DNA of 32,000 bases from Raphidiopsis brookii D9. Lineage in GTDB: Bacteria; Cyanobacteriota; Cyanobacteriia; Cyanobacteriales; Nostocaceae. The notes under the pieces are model-generated. The model made no database searches and was not told where the DNA came from. It worked only from the letters and a program-made list of their open reading frames with translations. Below, in pieces: positions 10,874 to 20,927 of the stretch (its first letter is position 1; each line of letters opens with the position of its first letter). The translations under genes and the position numbers were made by a program. The DNA lies in NCBI GenBank assembly GCA_000175855.1, contig ACYB01000022.1, positions 1 to 32,000 of the forward strand, written 5' to 3'.

Positions 10874-12091
10874 CTAAGCACTTCTTAAAGCCACGATAGG
10901 ATCTAGTTGAGCAGCACGACGAGCGGGGAAAACGCCGAAAAATAGACCGATTGCGCCAGAAATACCTACGGTCATAAAAATGGAACTAAGGGAAGTGCTA
11001 GCATCTATTATCCCCAAAGAAGATATTAAACCTAATCCACCAATTCCTATACCTGTACCAGCTAATCCACCAATTACAGAAACAATGATAGCTTCAATAA
11101 TGAACTGAAGTAAAATATCCTGCTGGGTAGCACCTATAGCCTTTCTCAAACCAATTTCTTGGGTTCTTTCAGTTACCGAAACTAACATGATGTTCATGAT
11201 TCCAATACCACCAACAAACAGAGAAATGCCAGCAATTCCAACTAACATCAAACTCAAAGCATTGGAAATCTGACCTACTATTTGTAAAGCATCCTTTTGG
11301 GTACGAATAGTGAAGTCATTTTCCCCTACCAGTTTATGGCGTCGTCTGAGCAAATTAGTAATTTGGAATTTTGCCGCATCTACGCTATCAGCATCTTGAG
11401 CAGAAGCAGTTATATAGGTCACCTCTAATCCGTAGGGAGATGTTTTCCCAACTATGCGATTTGCTGAGGTCATGATGGGAACCAGCGCAGATGAATCATA
11501 GTCAACACCTAAATTAGATCCCTTTTCTGTCAACACACCAATTATTTGAAAACTGGAGTTTTTTATTTTAATCTGTTGACTAATGGGATTTTGGTTGCCA
11601 AACATCTTTTGTTTTAACTTACTACCAATAACTACCACCTGGTTACTCCGTTTCATATCCAAATCATTGAAAAATCTACCTGTAGCTACTTCAAAGTTGC
11701 GCACTTTCAAGAAATTGGGTGTCGTACCAATGATGTTGATATTAGTATTTCTGTTTTTATAGGTCACTACTTGCCTACTGTTTAATTCTGCTGCAGTTGC
11801 CTTAATAGTAGGAACTTGAGTTTCAATAGCTTCAGCATCTGCATATACTAAAGTCTTGATTGCGTCCCGAGAAACCCTTTGAGTTTCTTCGTTCCCCGGA
11901 ATTACAAACAACACATTCGGACCTAGGGAATTTAACTGTTCAGCTACATATCTTTGTCCCCCTTCTCCCAGACCAACCATCACAATAACTGAGCTATTGC
12001 CAATAATAATCCCTAGCATTGTTAAGGCTGTTCTGAGTTTATTTGCCAGCAGGGTTTTACCAGCCATTTGTAAGGTTTCTACAAAGTTCAT
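10874..12091 (-). CDS. ABC transporter permease, MacB/FtsX-like
   Basis: LRTALTMLGIIIGNSSVIVMVGLGEG N-terminus; GGIGIMNIMLVSVTERTQEIGLRKAIGATQQDIL C-terminal FtsX-like domain. Confidence 0.93.
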   Translation of the reverse strand: MNFVETLQMAGKTLLANKLRTALTMLGIIIGNSSVIVMVGLGEGGQRYVAEQLNSLGPNVLFVIPGNEETQRVSRDAIKTLVYADAEAIETQVPTIKATAAELNSRQVVTYKNRNTNINIIGTTPNFLKVRNFEVATGRFFNDLDMKRSNQVVVIGSKLKQKMFGNQNPISQQIKIKNSSFQIIGVLTEKGSNLGVDYDSSALVPIMTSANRIVGKTSPYGLEVTYITASAQDADSVDAAKFQITNLLRRRHKLVGENDFTIRTQKDALQIVGQISNALSLMLVGIAGISLFVGGIGIMNIMLVSVTERTQEIGLRKAIGATQQDILLQFIIEAIIVSVIGGLAGTGIGIGGLGLISSLGIIDASTSLSSIFMTVGISGAIGLFFGVFPARRAAQLDPIVALRSA

Positions 12092-12108
12092 AGGTTTTAA
12101 TATTTCAT

Positions 12109-13575
12109 TTAGTTTGGTTTTTTGCTTTTGTAGTCTTTGGGGGGATTAATAAATATCAAATCTCCCGTTTGTATTCCCGTTAAAACCTGAGTTTCGTTTT
12201 TGATTTGCGCTCCAATGGTAATTTCCCTAAACTCTGGTTTATTATCACTATCCGGTACTAACACCCCAGTTTTACCATCTTCTGTGAGAATGGCAACTGT
12301 GGGAATGCTTATAGCATCCTCCAAGCGATCGCCTAAAAAGGTCACGTCCACATTTAAACCTGAGCGTAACTTATCTCCACCATTGACGATGAAAATTCTC
12401 ACCTGGAAGGAGGTAACACCTTGCTCTATTACTGCTTCAGGTGCTACTAAACGAACACGTCCCGTAAATACCTGTTCTGGATAAGCATCACTGATGATTT
12501 CTACTTGCTGTCCCTGTTTTATTCTAGCAATGTCTGCTTCAGGGACTAGAGCTAACACTTCTAAACCTCTTGCTAAGGCTACAATTGAGCTGGAGGTGGC
12601 TGAGGTACTACTAGAAGCGGAAGTTGTAGGAGTAACAAAAGCACCAATATTGGCATATTTCTGAGTAATAATTCCTGCAAAGGGAGCGCGAATAATGGTA
12701 TCTTCCAATTGAACCTGTTGTCGTTTTAACTGTGATCTTGCTGCTTCCACTACTGCTTGGAGTCTGACTATTTCCTGGGGACGACTGCCATTTTGCAATT
12801 TGCGCAGTCCTTCTATTTCTTGGGTCACCACTGCTTGCTGTTTTCTAATCTCCTGCTGACGATTACCAGCTTCCTGCAAGGACAATCGTTTCTCCGCTTC
12901 TTGTAAGTTGAATTTTGCCCTTTTATTTTCTGTGCTGTACTGGTCTAGGGTGTCTTGGGAAATTGCCCCCTCCTTGGCCAGGTTTTGATATCGCTTGAGT
13001 CTTGCTTGGGTTAGTTCCAACTGAGATCTGGCACCTTCTACACTCGCTTTTGCCTGTTCAATCTCTTGGGAACGACTACCTGAACTAATGATTTCTAATT
13101 GGGCTTTTGCCTGGTTCACCCTGGCCTTGGCTTGGGCTATATCTTCAACCCGACTACCTGCTTGAGCGTCTGCTAATTGGGCTTTTGCTTGTTCTAAATT
13201 GGCCTGAAACTGCAAAATTCCCATTCTGATCTCTGAATCATCCATGCGGGCTATTATTTGTCCCTGCTCGACCTTTTGTCCCTGCTCCACCTTTAACTCT
13301 GCTAATAAACCAGCATTTTTAGGACTCACATTGACACTTTGTATTGGTTGTACCTTACCACTAGCTGTAATTCTCACGGTGAGATCTTTGGCCTCTACCG
13401 GAACAGTTAGTTTGCTAATATCTGGTTTACGATTTTCAGAATTGCCAACTTTTATGATGGTTGTTGCTCCCAATATCAACGCCCCAGATGCGATGATCCC
13501 TATTATCCACCGCCAGGAATACTGGCCTTTTTTACCTATTAGGGGAACCTCAACGTGTTTACTTATGCTAACCAT
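12109..13575 (-). CDS. Membrane-fusion (periplasmic adaptor) protein, HlyD/MacA/DevB-like
   Basis: VSPKNAGLLAELKVEQGQKVEQGQIIARMDDSEI (lipoyl-like half), long coiled-coil repeats (QAKAQLADAQAGSR), second lipoyl half, beta-barrel region. Confidence 0.9.
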   Translation of the reverse strand: MVSISKHVEVPLIGKKGQYSWRWIIGIIASGALILGATTIIKVGNSENRKPDISKLTVPVEAKDLTVRITASGKVQPIQSVNVSPKNAGLLAELKVEQGQKVEQGQIIARMDDSEIRMGILQFQANLEQAKAQLADAQAGSRVEDIAQAKARVNQAKAQLEIISSGSRSQEIEQAKASVEGARSQLELTQARLKRYQNLAKEGAISQDTLDQYSTENKRAKFNLQEAEKRLSLQEAGNRQQEIRKQQAVVTQEIEGLRKLQNGSRPQEIVRLQAVVEAARSQLKRQQVQLEDTIIRAPFAGIITQKYANIGAFVTPTTSASSSTSATSSSIVALARGLEVLALVPEADIARIKQGQQVEIISDAYPEQVFTGRVRLVAPEAVIEQGVTSFQVRIFIVNGGDKLRSGLNVDVTFLGDRLEDAISIPTVAILTEDGKTGVLVPDSDNKPEFREITIGAQIKNETQVLTGIQTGDLIFINPPKDYKSKKPN

Positions 13576-13896
13576 TTGTCTTTACCTCTTTGTATTTTTT
13601 TTGATTTTACTTAAATTGATACCTGCTTTAATAGCTTTTTTTGTTTTTAGTCATTGTTATTTATCTGTTTTGCCTAAACTAGTATGAGTATTAAATCCTC
13701 CTCTGGAACAGATTTTTGATAAATGGCTGCGTACCTATAATTATAGTTCATAATTCGTAATATTTCTTTAAGGAATTGAAAATTTCCCACCCTGTAATTT
13801 TTTTACGCTAGGAGTAGAATTTTTGATGTTGTTTTAGGTAAAAATCGTCTAAGCTATGGTAAAGAAGATTTAATTTATGATTTAAGAGGCGGTAGT

Positions 13897-14775
13897 GTGC
13901 CGAAATACCTTGGTTTAATCTCTGTTTTGGTAGTTTGTGGTTTATGGAGTCTGCCCGATCCTGTTCAAGCGCAGGCACTTCTCCCGTATATTATACAACT
14001 TAATAGGGCAAATTTAGAAAAGCAAGGGTTAATACTAGCTCAGGAAGCAGCCCAACTGGCTCGATTTCAGCAGTTTGAGCTGGCTATACCCAGAGCTAAA
14101 ATGGCCGTGCAATTGGCACCAACAAATGATAAAGTATGGTTTTTGTTAAGTCAGTTACATGTACAAAGAAAGGATCTCCCAGAAGCGATCGCCTCTTTAA
14201 CACAAGCCCAAAAACTCAACCCCAATAATCCCGATATTTTATTTGCCCTAGGATCAGCTAATTTCCAACAGAAAAATTATCAACTTTCAGTAAAATACTA
14301 CCAATCAGGGTTAAAATTAAGACCAAATGATCCGGAAGGATTGTTTAATTTAGGTAATACCTATTACATGTTGGGTAGATTACCAGAAGCGATCGCCCAA
14401 CTCAACCAAGCTGCCAATAAAGACAAGAAATTTTGGCCAGCAGTTAATAACATTGGTCTAATTAAATACGAACAGGGAGACGTGAAGGGTGCCATTAAGG
14501 AATGGGAAAAAGCAATTGCCATAGACCAGAGAGCAGCGGAAGCTCTCTTAGCATTAGGAGTCGCTCTTTATACCCAGGGTCAAAAACAACAGGGCTTAAC
14601 CAAGGGAGAACAGGCCCTAAAAATAGATCAAAGGTATGCAGATCTTGACTTTCTCAAAGAAAATCTCTGGGGAACAAAGTTACTATTAGATGCTAAAAAG
14701 TTTTTAGAACTACCTCAGATTAGATCAGCTCTAGAACTGAAAGAAGAGACACTTAGACCAACAGATAACCAGTAA
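13897..14775 (+). CDS. Exported TPR-repeat protein
   Basis: GTG start, signal-like N-terminus (GLISVLVVCGLWSLPDPVQAQ) and successive TPR units. Confidence 0.85.
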   Translation: MPKYLGLISVLVVCGLWSLPDPVQAQALLPYIIQLNRANLEKQGLILAQEAAQLARFQQFELAIPRAKMAVQLAPTNDKVWFLLSQLHVQRKDLPEAIASLTQAQKLNPNNPDILFALGSANFQQKNYQLSVKYYQSGLKLRPNDPEGLFNLGNTYYMLGRLPEAIAQLNQAANKDKKFWPAVNNIGLIKYEQGDVKGAIKEWEKAIAIDQRAAEALLALGVALYTQGQKQQGLTKGEQALKIDQRYADLDFLKENLWGTKLLLDAKKFLELPQIRSALELKEETLRPTDNQ

Positions 14776-14782
14776 CAATGGG

Positions 14783-15190
14783 TCAGGACGATTCCCGGTT
14801 ACCGTTCAGGAGACTCATAACTTGAGCAATAAATTGCTGATGATCAACAACTGGCTTACAAATGTAGTCATCAGCACCACTTTGTTTCAGGAAATTCTTG
14901 CGATCGCCCTCCATAGCGTGAGCGGTGACAAGAATTATAGGTAGTTTTGCTGTTTGGGGGTGAGATTTTAACAGTTGTGTAATTTTGATCCCATCTACAT
15001 ACTCGCCTTGATAAAAACTATGTGACAGAGAAACATCCATTAAAATCAAATCAGCTCCCCCTGATTGGGCGATAGTGATAACTTCTGCCACATTTTCCGT
15101 GTGTTTTACTGCTAAACCAGCACGTTTGGTTAAAATCTTGGCAAAGACACGAGCATTAATCAGGTCATCTTCCACAATCAAAACTGTCTT
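14783..15190 (-). CDS. Single-domain response regulator (CheY/DivK-like receiver)
   Basis: MKTVLIVEDDLINARVFAKIL..., phosphoacceptor DLILMDVSL, LPIILVTAHAM, GADDYICKPV. ORF opens at 15205; internal ATG (MKTVLIVEDD) is the probable start. Confidence 0.88.
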   Translation of the reverse strand, partial: KTVLIVEDDLINARVFAKILTKRAGLAVKHTENVAEVITIAQSGGADLILMDVSLSHSFYQGEYVDGIKITQLLKSHPQTAKLPIILVTAHAMEGDRKNFLKQSGADDYICKPVVDHQQFIAQVMSLLNGNRESS

Positions 15191-15432
15191 CATGAAAAAT
15201 TCCATCCAATTAGGTAGGTTTAGATAAATTCATAGGGATTTTGAATTTCCAACAGCAGAAGCTATGGATTTTAGCAGTCAATAATCTAAGGAGTGGAATC
15301 AATATCAGGGACAATATGAGAGTGTAAAAATTAGTTAGGAGATCCCATCTCCCATATATTTCAGTGGTACAGCAGTTGTTAAAGTGTTCAATTACAAAGA
15401 GTTTTATATAGGTAGAATTCAGGGAAGAACTC

Positions 15433-17949
15433 ATGGCAGAACAGTTAAACCTTCTCAACACGGGACAGGTAGTTCCTACAGCCTTACACACAGAAATGCA
15501 ACAGTCTTATTTAGAATATGCCATGAGTGTGATTGTAGGGCGAGCATTACCAGACGTACGGGACGGACTAAAGCCAGTACATAGACGAATCTTATATGCC
15601 ATGCACGAATTGGGTTTAACACCAGATAGACCCTATCGAAAATGTGCCCGCGTAGTTGGTGATGTGTTGGGTAAATACCATCCCCATGGCGACCAAGCTG
15701 TATATGACGCTCTAGTGAGATTAGTACAGGATTTTTCCAGTCGTTATCCTTTATTGGGGGGACATGGTAATTTTGGCAGTGTGGATAATGACCCACCAGC
15801 AGCAATGCGGTATACGGAAACCCGCTTGGCACCAATTGGTCATGAAGCAATGCTCAGGGAGATTGGCGAGGAAACAGTAGAATTCGTCGGTAACTTTGAT
15901 AATTCCCAACAAGAACCCACGGTTCTACCAGCTCAGTTGCCATTTTTGTTAATCAATGGTTGTGCTGGGATTGCTGTGGGAATGGCAACTAATATTCCCC
16001 CCCATAATTTAGGAGAAATAGTCGACGGTTTAATCGCTTTAATTGACCATCCTGACCTAACGGAGGAAAAACTACTGGAATTAATTCCAGGTCCGGATTT
16101 TCCTACCGGTGGACAAATTGTTGGTAGTGGGGGAATCAAGGAAGCATACAATACGGGTAAGGGTGGCATTATCTTACGTGGTGTCGTTTCCCTAGAAGAT
16201 ATTCTCTCCACCCGAGGTGGAAGGCGTCGCACAGCAATTATCGTCACCGAATTACCCTATCAGGTCAATAAAGCAGGTTGGATTGAAAAGGTAGCTGATC
16301 TAGTTAATCAAGGTCGCTTACATGGAATTTCGGATTTGCGTGATGAGAGCGATCGCCAGGGAATGCGGGTAGTAATTGAACTCAAACGGGATGCTAACCC
16401 GGAGGAGGTAATTGGGCAGCTGTATCAGCAAACAGCATTACAAACTACCTTTGGAGCCATTCTGCTGGCTTTAGTAGAAGGACAACCCCGTCAGTTAAGC
16501 CTGCGACAAATGTTACAGGAGTTCCTCCGTTTTCGGGAAGACACTCTTAACCGTCGTTACAGTTATGAGTTGGGCAAAGCTGAAAACCGAGCCAGTATAG
16601 TCGCTGGTTTATTGAAAGCTCTTTCCGCTGTAGATGAGGTAATTACAATCCTACGACAGTCCCCTGATGGTAGTACAGCCAAAATGGTCCTTTGTCAGCA
16701 ATTGGAGCTAACGGAAACTCAAGCTGATGCCATTTTGGCTATGCCATTACGTCGTTTAACTAGTTTAGAACAGCAAAATTTACAGGAAGAATTTCATCAG
16801 CTCAGTGACCAGATTACCTCCTTGCGCAGACTCTTAGAAGACCGACGTGAGTTGCTCAAATCCTTAAAAAAGGATTTACGAACTCTCAAACGTAAATATG
16901 GAGATACCAGAAGAACTAAATTAATACCTGGTCAGATAGCTGTTAAACCAGATAAGGTCAATAATCAGCCATCCTCTCCAGGAGAAAAGGAAAAATCCAA
17001 AATTTCCCCAGAGGAGCAACCACCAGAACCCGCCATTTTGGAATTTACCCAGCGTGGCTACGTACGTCGTCTTGCTCCTGGTAGCAAAAAAGCTAAGGCT
17101 GAAACTATCACGGGAGACAATGATTTTCTCATTCAAACTGAAATAACTAATACCCATCAAGATCTATTGATTCTCAATACCAGTGGCAAAGTTTACCCTG
17201 TGAAGGTGGGAGATATTTCCCCTATTAGTGCCCGTTCTCCCAGGGGAATGCCATTAATTACTTTGCTCACTAACACAGCTCAAGGCAATGTGGAGGGGAT
17301 TTTAGGTCGTTTTATCCTTCCGGAAACCAAAGATACTCATGACATGGTTATAGTAACCAAACAAGGAAGAATTAAACGGCTTTCCTTAGAAGAATTAACT
17401 AATGTTAGCAAGCGGGGAATAACCATATTAAAACTAAAAGATGATGACCAATTGTGTTTTGCCCAGTTAACCAATCCCAATCACAATCTGATTTTAGGCA
17501 GTTCGGGAGGTCGTTGTTTACGTTTTGCCATTAATGATGACCAACTACCAGTTATGGGACGTGCTGCTATGGGTTTACAATCTTTCCGTATTCTTAAAAG
17601 TCAGCAAATTATAAGTTGTGTCACGATTGAACAAGAAGAAAATTTACTGTTAGTGACCCAGGAGGGATATGCTAAGAGAATATCTAGTGGTAGTTTAAGA
17701 GCGGGTAATCGAGGTGATTTGGGTATACAGATGTTGAAGTTCCATAACAAAACCGATAACCTGGTGGCCATAACTAGGACTAATACCAGTCAGAAAGTAG
17801 TACTGGTTACCAATAAAGAGCGCATGGTTAAAACGTCTGTACAATCCATACCCATCCTAGATAGAGATGCTAGAGGAGAGAACATCTTCCCCATGACTCG
17901 GGATGAAGTAATTACATCAGTAGTTGTAGTCCTAGAAACGGAAAGTTAA
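15433..17949 (+). CDS. Type IIA topoisomerase subunit A (GyrA/ParC family)
   Basis: [36 protein letters not shown]...; [14 protein letters not shown] with catalytic Tyr; C-terminal beta-propeller repeats. Paralog assignment (gyrA vs parC-like) uncertain. Confidence 0.93.
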   Translation: MAEQLNLLNTGQVVPTALHTEMQQSYLEYAMSVIVGRALPDVRDGLKPVHRRILYAMHELGLTPDRPYRKCARVVGDVLGKYHPHGDQAVYDALVRLVQDFSSRYPLLGGHGNFGSVDNDPPAAMRYTETRLAPIGHEAMLREIGEETVEFVGNFDNSQQEPTVLPAQLPFLLINGCAGIAVGMATNIPPHNLGEIVDGLIALIDHPDLTEEKLLELIPGPDFPTGGQIVGSGGIKEAYNTGKGGIILRGVVSLEDILSTRGGRRRTAIIVTELPYQVNKAGWIEKVADLVNQGRLHGISDLRDESDRQGMRVVIELKRDANPEEVIGQLYQQTALQTTFGAILLALVEGQPRQLSLRQMLQEFLRFREDTLNRRYSYELGKAENRASIVAGLLKALSAVDEVITILRQSPDGSTAKMVLCQQLELTETQADAILAMPLRRLTSLEQQNLQEEFHQLSDQITSLRRLLEDRRELLKSLKKDLRTLKRKYGDTRRTKLIPGQIAVKPDKVNNQPSSPGEKEKSKISPEEQPPEPAILEFTQRGYVRRLAPGSKKAKAETITGDNDFLIQTEITNTHQDLLILNTSGKVYPVKVGDISPISARSPRGMPLITLLTNTAQGNVEGILGRFILPETKDTHDMVIVTKQGRIKRLSLEELTNVSKRGITILKLKDDDQLCFAQLTNPNHNLILGSSGGRCLRFAINDDQLPVMGRAAMGLQSFRILKSQQIISCVTIEQEENLLLVTQEGYAKRISSGSLRAGNRGDLGIQMLKFHNKTDNLVAITRTNTSQKVVLVTNKERMVKTSVQSIPILDRDARGENIFPMTRDEVITSVVVVLETES

Positions 17950-17978
17950 CATTTCCAGAGAAATAGCAAAAAGAAATG

Positions 17979-18006
17979 TTGCATTTTTGAAAATATTTGT
18001 TATATT
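17979..18006 (+). promoter_or_regulatory. Candidate sigma70-type promoter for the hli gene
   Basis: TTGCAT (17979-17984), 16-bp spacer, TATATT (18001-18006), followed by one HLR1-like half-site TTTACATA (18009-18016). Confidence 0.4.
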
Positions 18007-18056
18007 AGTTTACATAAGACAATAAAACTTAGTAAACCCAAACTGGAGTGCGAACC

Positions 18057-18236
18057 ATGAGTAATGCAGCAAAAACCATTAGCTCCGTACCAGAAGACCG
18101 CAATGCATGGCGTTGGGGGTTCACTCCCCAAGCTGAAATTTGGAATGGTCGCTTGGCCATGATTGGTTTTGTAGCAGCAACTTTAATTGAGTTGTTTTCA
18201 GGTCAAGGTTTTCTACATTTTTGGGGTATTTTATAG
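18057..18236 (+). CDS. High-light-inducible (HLIP/CAB-ELIP family) small protein
   Basis: [59 protein letters not shown]; conserved [12 protein letters not shown]; GGAG upstream of ATG 18057. Confidence 0.93.
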   Translation: MSNAAKTISSVPEDRNAWRWGFTPQAEIWNGRLAMIGFVAATLIELFSGQGFLHFWGIL

Positions 18237-18264
18237 ATTTTGAGGTCTAGGGTTTTTCCTAAAG

Positions 18265-18295
18265 AACCTGGTAGTTACTAGCTACCAGGTTTTTG
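18265..18295 (+). terminator. Intrinsic terminator downstream of the hli gene
   Basis: Perfect 10-bp stem AACCTGGTAG (18265-18274) / CTACCAGGTT (18282-18291), 7-nt loop, T-run. Confidence 0.85.
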
Positions 18296-18359
18296 GACAT
18301 GTATTTATGGTAAAAGCTAGGTTCATTACGACAAAACTTGTTATCTTTGCTCTAATCTC

Positions 18360-19118
18360 TTACATTAATACTCCTTGAAAAACTACTGCTAAGATCATTG
18401 CCACAATTGCCCCTATTAATGTATTGAAAATATTCACTACTTCATTAGTTAGCCACATGTATTTAGACTGCAATGTTGCACCAATTACACTTTCTAAATT
18501 AGTGGCAATAAATGAGGCGATCGCACACCAAAAAATTCCTGGCATATCTATTAAATTTACACTCCATCCCACAATGGCCACTGAAATTGAACCCACCATA
18601 CCAGCTAGGGTTCCTTCTAAGCTAATTGCACCTTCTGTACCCCTAGGTACTGGTTGGAGGGTAGTGATTAAAAATGTGCGTCTTCCGTATGCTTTACCTA
18701 TTTCACTAGCAGTTGTATCGGATAATTTGGTGCTAAAACTGGCTACATAACCCAAACAGAGCAAATAACTCCAAGCGGGAAATAACAATACTCCCAGGGA
18801 ACATAAAGCTCCAATTAAAGCGGATCCCCAAACGTTTTCTGGACCTCGAGCACCAGAGCGTTTTTCCGCAATTCCCTGCACTTGTTTTTGTTTAATCCCA
18901 ATGCGAGTCACTCCTGAACCCACAATAAAATAAAATCCTACTACTAAATATCCTGGCCATCCTAATGTCCCCCAAATGATCACGCCCAATAACCAAGCAT
19001 GACGGATACCTGCGGGAGTCAATAGTTTATTGGGGATCCTATCAACCAGTGTCAGTAAAGCAGCGTTTAATGCTCCACCTACTAACCAAGGATTAATGGT
19101 GTTGAATAGTTCTAGCAT
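18360..19118 (-). CDS. DUF92/TIGR00297 membrane protein (phytyl-phosphate kinase VTE6-like family)
   Basis: Multi-helix protein: RKLTPAGIRHAWLLGVIIWGTLGWPGYLVVGFYFIVGSGVTRIG; KRSGARGPENVWGSALIGALCSL; AVSLEGTLAG-type motif. Confidence 0.8.
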   Translation of the reverse strand: MLELFNTINPWLVGGALNAALLTLVDRIPNKLLTPAGIRHAWLLGVIIWGTLGWPGYLVVGFYFIVGSGVTRIGIKQKQVQGIAEKRSGARGPENVWGSALIGALCSLGVLLFPAWSYLLCLGYVASFSTKLSDTTASEIGKAYGRRTFLITTLQPVPRGTEGAISLEGTLAGMVGSISVAIVGWSVNLIDMPGIFWCAIASFIATNLESVIGATLQSKYMWLTNEVVNIFNTLIGAIVAMILAVVFQGVLM

Positions 19119-20137
19119 GGTAGTAAATTCGCTAACTTATAAACAATTCTTGCGCCCACGTTACCATCCCACTCCCCGTCACCAACCTCACACACATCAA
19201 AACCAATAATTTTTCTACCAGTTTTGACAACTTTTCTGAACAAACTATAAGCTTGCTCCAATTCCAATCCACCAGGTACGGGGGTTCCAGTGTGAGGACA
19301 GAGTTTAGGATCCAAACCATCAACATCAAAGCTGATGTACACATGGTGGGGTAAATTAGCCACTATTTCTTCACATAGGTCATTCCAGGTTTTACCAGCA
19401 TATTGTTGCTGTTTAATGATTGGGTCATAATAAGCCACAATGCGATTATTTGAACCTTTAATAATTTCTATTTCGTCAACACAAATATCACGTAACCCAA
19501 CCTGGACTAATTTGGAGATCTGGGGTATTTCCAGTGCATTGAACATAATTGACCCATGGGAAAATTCAAATCCTTCATAAGCAGATCTTAAATCTGCATG
19601 TGCATCTATATGTAAAATACCAAAATCAGCATATTGACTCCCCAGAGCTTGTAAATAACCCAGGGGTGAACTGTGGTCACCACCAATAACCCCTACTTTT
19701 TTTCCCTGAGAGATTGCCTGTTGACACTGGTCAAATAACCACTTATTCAAGTCTCTTCCTGCTTGGTTTATTTCTGCTAGTATACCGGTTAAGTCTGGCT
19801 CTGCTTTTAGGTCTTTACCCTCTGCTTGTCTTTGAATAATTTTGGCAGCTTGTTGACGATAATAATGATTTTTATCTAGGACATCTTGGGAGATTTCCAC
19901 TAGAAAAATCCCTTGTTTCCAACCATCAGGGTTATCAAGGTCAAATAAATCTATTTGGTAGGAACCATCCAAAATCCTCTGTGGTCCATTCCCAGTTCCA
20001 GTCCGATATGAAACGGTCACTTCCCAGGGAACGGGGAAGATTATTAAGTTAGCGGAATCATAAGTGTGTGGTAACCCCAACAGATTACCATTAATTTGTG
20101 CTATACTACTGGGGTTGTAGTCCTGAAGATTGTTCAT
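19112..20137 (-). CDS. Ureohydrolase (arginase/agmatinase) family protein, substrate undetermined
   Basis: Metal-binding motifs GGDHS, HIDAHADLR and SFDVDGLDP; 341 aa. Confidence 0.88.
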   Translation of the reverse strand: MNNLQDYNPSSIAQINGNLLGLPHTYDSANLIIFPVPWEVTVSYRTGTGNGPQRILDGSYQIDLFDLDNPDGWKQGIFLVEISQDVLDKNHYYRQQAAKIIQRQAEGKDLKAEPDLTGILAEINQAGRDLNKWLFDQCQQAISQGKKVGVIGGDHSSPLGYLQALGSQYADFGILHIDAHADLRSAYEGFEFSHGSIMFNALEIPQISKLVQVGLRDICVDEIEIIKGSNNRIVAYYDPIIKQQQYAGKTWNDLCEEIVANLPHHVYISFDVDGLDPKLCPHTGTPVPGGLELEQAYSLFRKVVKTGRKIIGFDVCEVGDGEWDGNVGARIVYKLANLLPC

Positions 20138-20406
20138 GGTTATGGTTTATAGTTCATAGTTTTACAGTTTATTTTGGGGGAATATACTTGGAAAATAATA
20201 TGATTATATTATACGACTACTACCATAAAGCAAAAAAAAGGTTTGGATCCTAGCCAAACCTCCAAAATTGCTGTGCTTAACAACGTACTCAACTAATTTA
20301 TTCCCAGTTCAATCAAAAATCAACTTTCTGGAGTATCTTGCTAAATCTATGGGAGTACGCTATTCTCCAGAGCTTACCCAGCGTGCCACAGCCCGCCAAT
20401 ATGCTG

Positions 20407-20844
20407 CTAAAGGGATCTGATAAATTCCATAAACAACCAGATCACAATGGCTAAATGTAGTATAAAGGTTAACAAGGTCCAAATACAAGGTATCCAAAAC
20501 AGCATGGGACTTGAGGGCAAATAATAGGCACTTATACCAATCAAGAATGTAGGAAGCATGACAAAAGCTATTCCAGCTACAGCATAACCCCACCCCAACT
20601 CCATACCTTCTATTTGTCCCTGATCCCAATTATCACCATTCCAATGCCATATTAGGGGAGGTTGTCGGGAAGGCATTTTGACCTGCTGTGATTGTAAGTT
20701 GACCGTAAAAATCTCTTGACAAAAGTCACAAAACATTGCCTCCATTAAAGGCATAGTCTCAATTTTGCCAACGCGACAGGATGGACATGGGTATCTTTGA
20801 TTAAAATTTAAAGGTCTAGAGACAATTGGTAAATTCTTCATCAT
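20407..20844 (-). CDS. Membrane protein with N-terminal zinc-ribbon-like motif
   Basis: YPCPSCRVGKIETMPLMEAMFCDFCQEIF (CxxC...CxxC), then hydrophobic helices. Confidence 0.65.
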   Translation of the reverse strand: MMKNLPIVSRPLNFNQRYPCPSCRVGKIETMPLMEAMFCDFCQEIFTVNLQSQQVKMPSRQPPLIWHWNGDNWDQGQIEGMELGWGYAVAGIAFVMLPTFLIGISAYYLPSSPMLFWIPCIWTLLTFILHLAIVIWLFMEFIRSL

Positions 20845-20927
20845 ACGCCCTCACAAATTATTAACCACCCTATAGAGATCCCAATCTAACCAGGTCAATA
20901 GTAAATGCGATCGCCTGGAGTCCTCAG

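Noticed and set aside
12200-12484. Plus-strand 94-aa ORF inside the adaptor gene
   Set aside because: Antisense to a strong CDS without independent coding evidence; same reasoning for 13244-13687.
15476-15850. Minus-strand 124-aa ORF inside the gyrA/parC-like gene
   Set aside because: Antisense to a conserved domain; no protein-like features.
13741-20160. Shared 12-mer TTATAGTTCATA in two intergenic regions (13741-13752 and 20149-20160)
   Set aside because: Short and AT-rich; could be chance or debris of a dispersed repeat, not enough to call a repeat family from this window.
20360-20629. Minus-strand 89-aa ORF overlapping the zinc-ribbon membrane protein
   Set aside because: Overlaps the better-supported ORF 20407-20844 in another frame and lacks domain signal.
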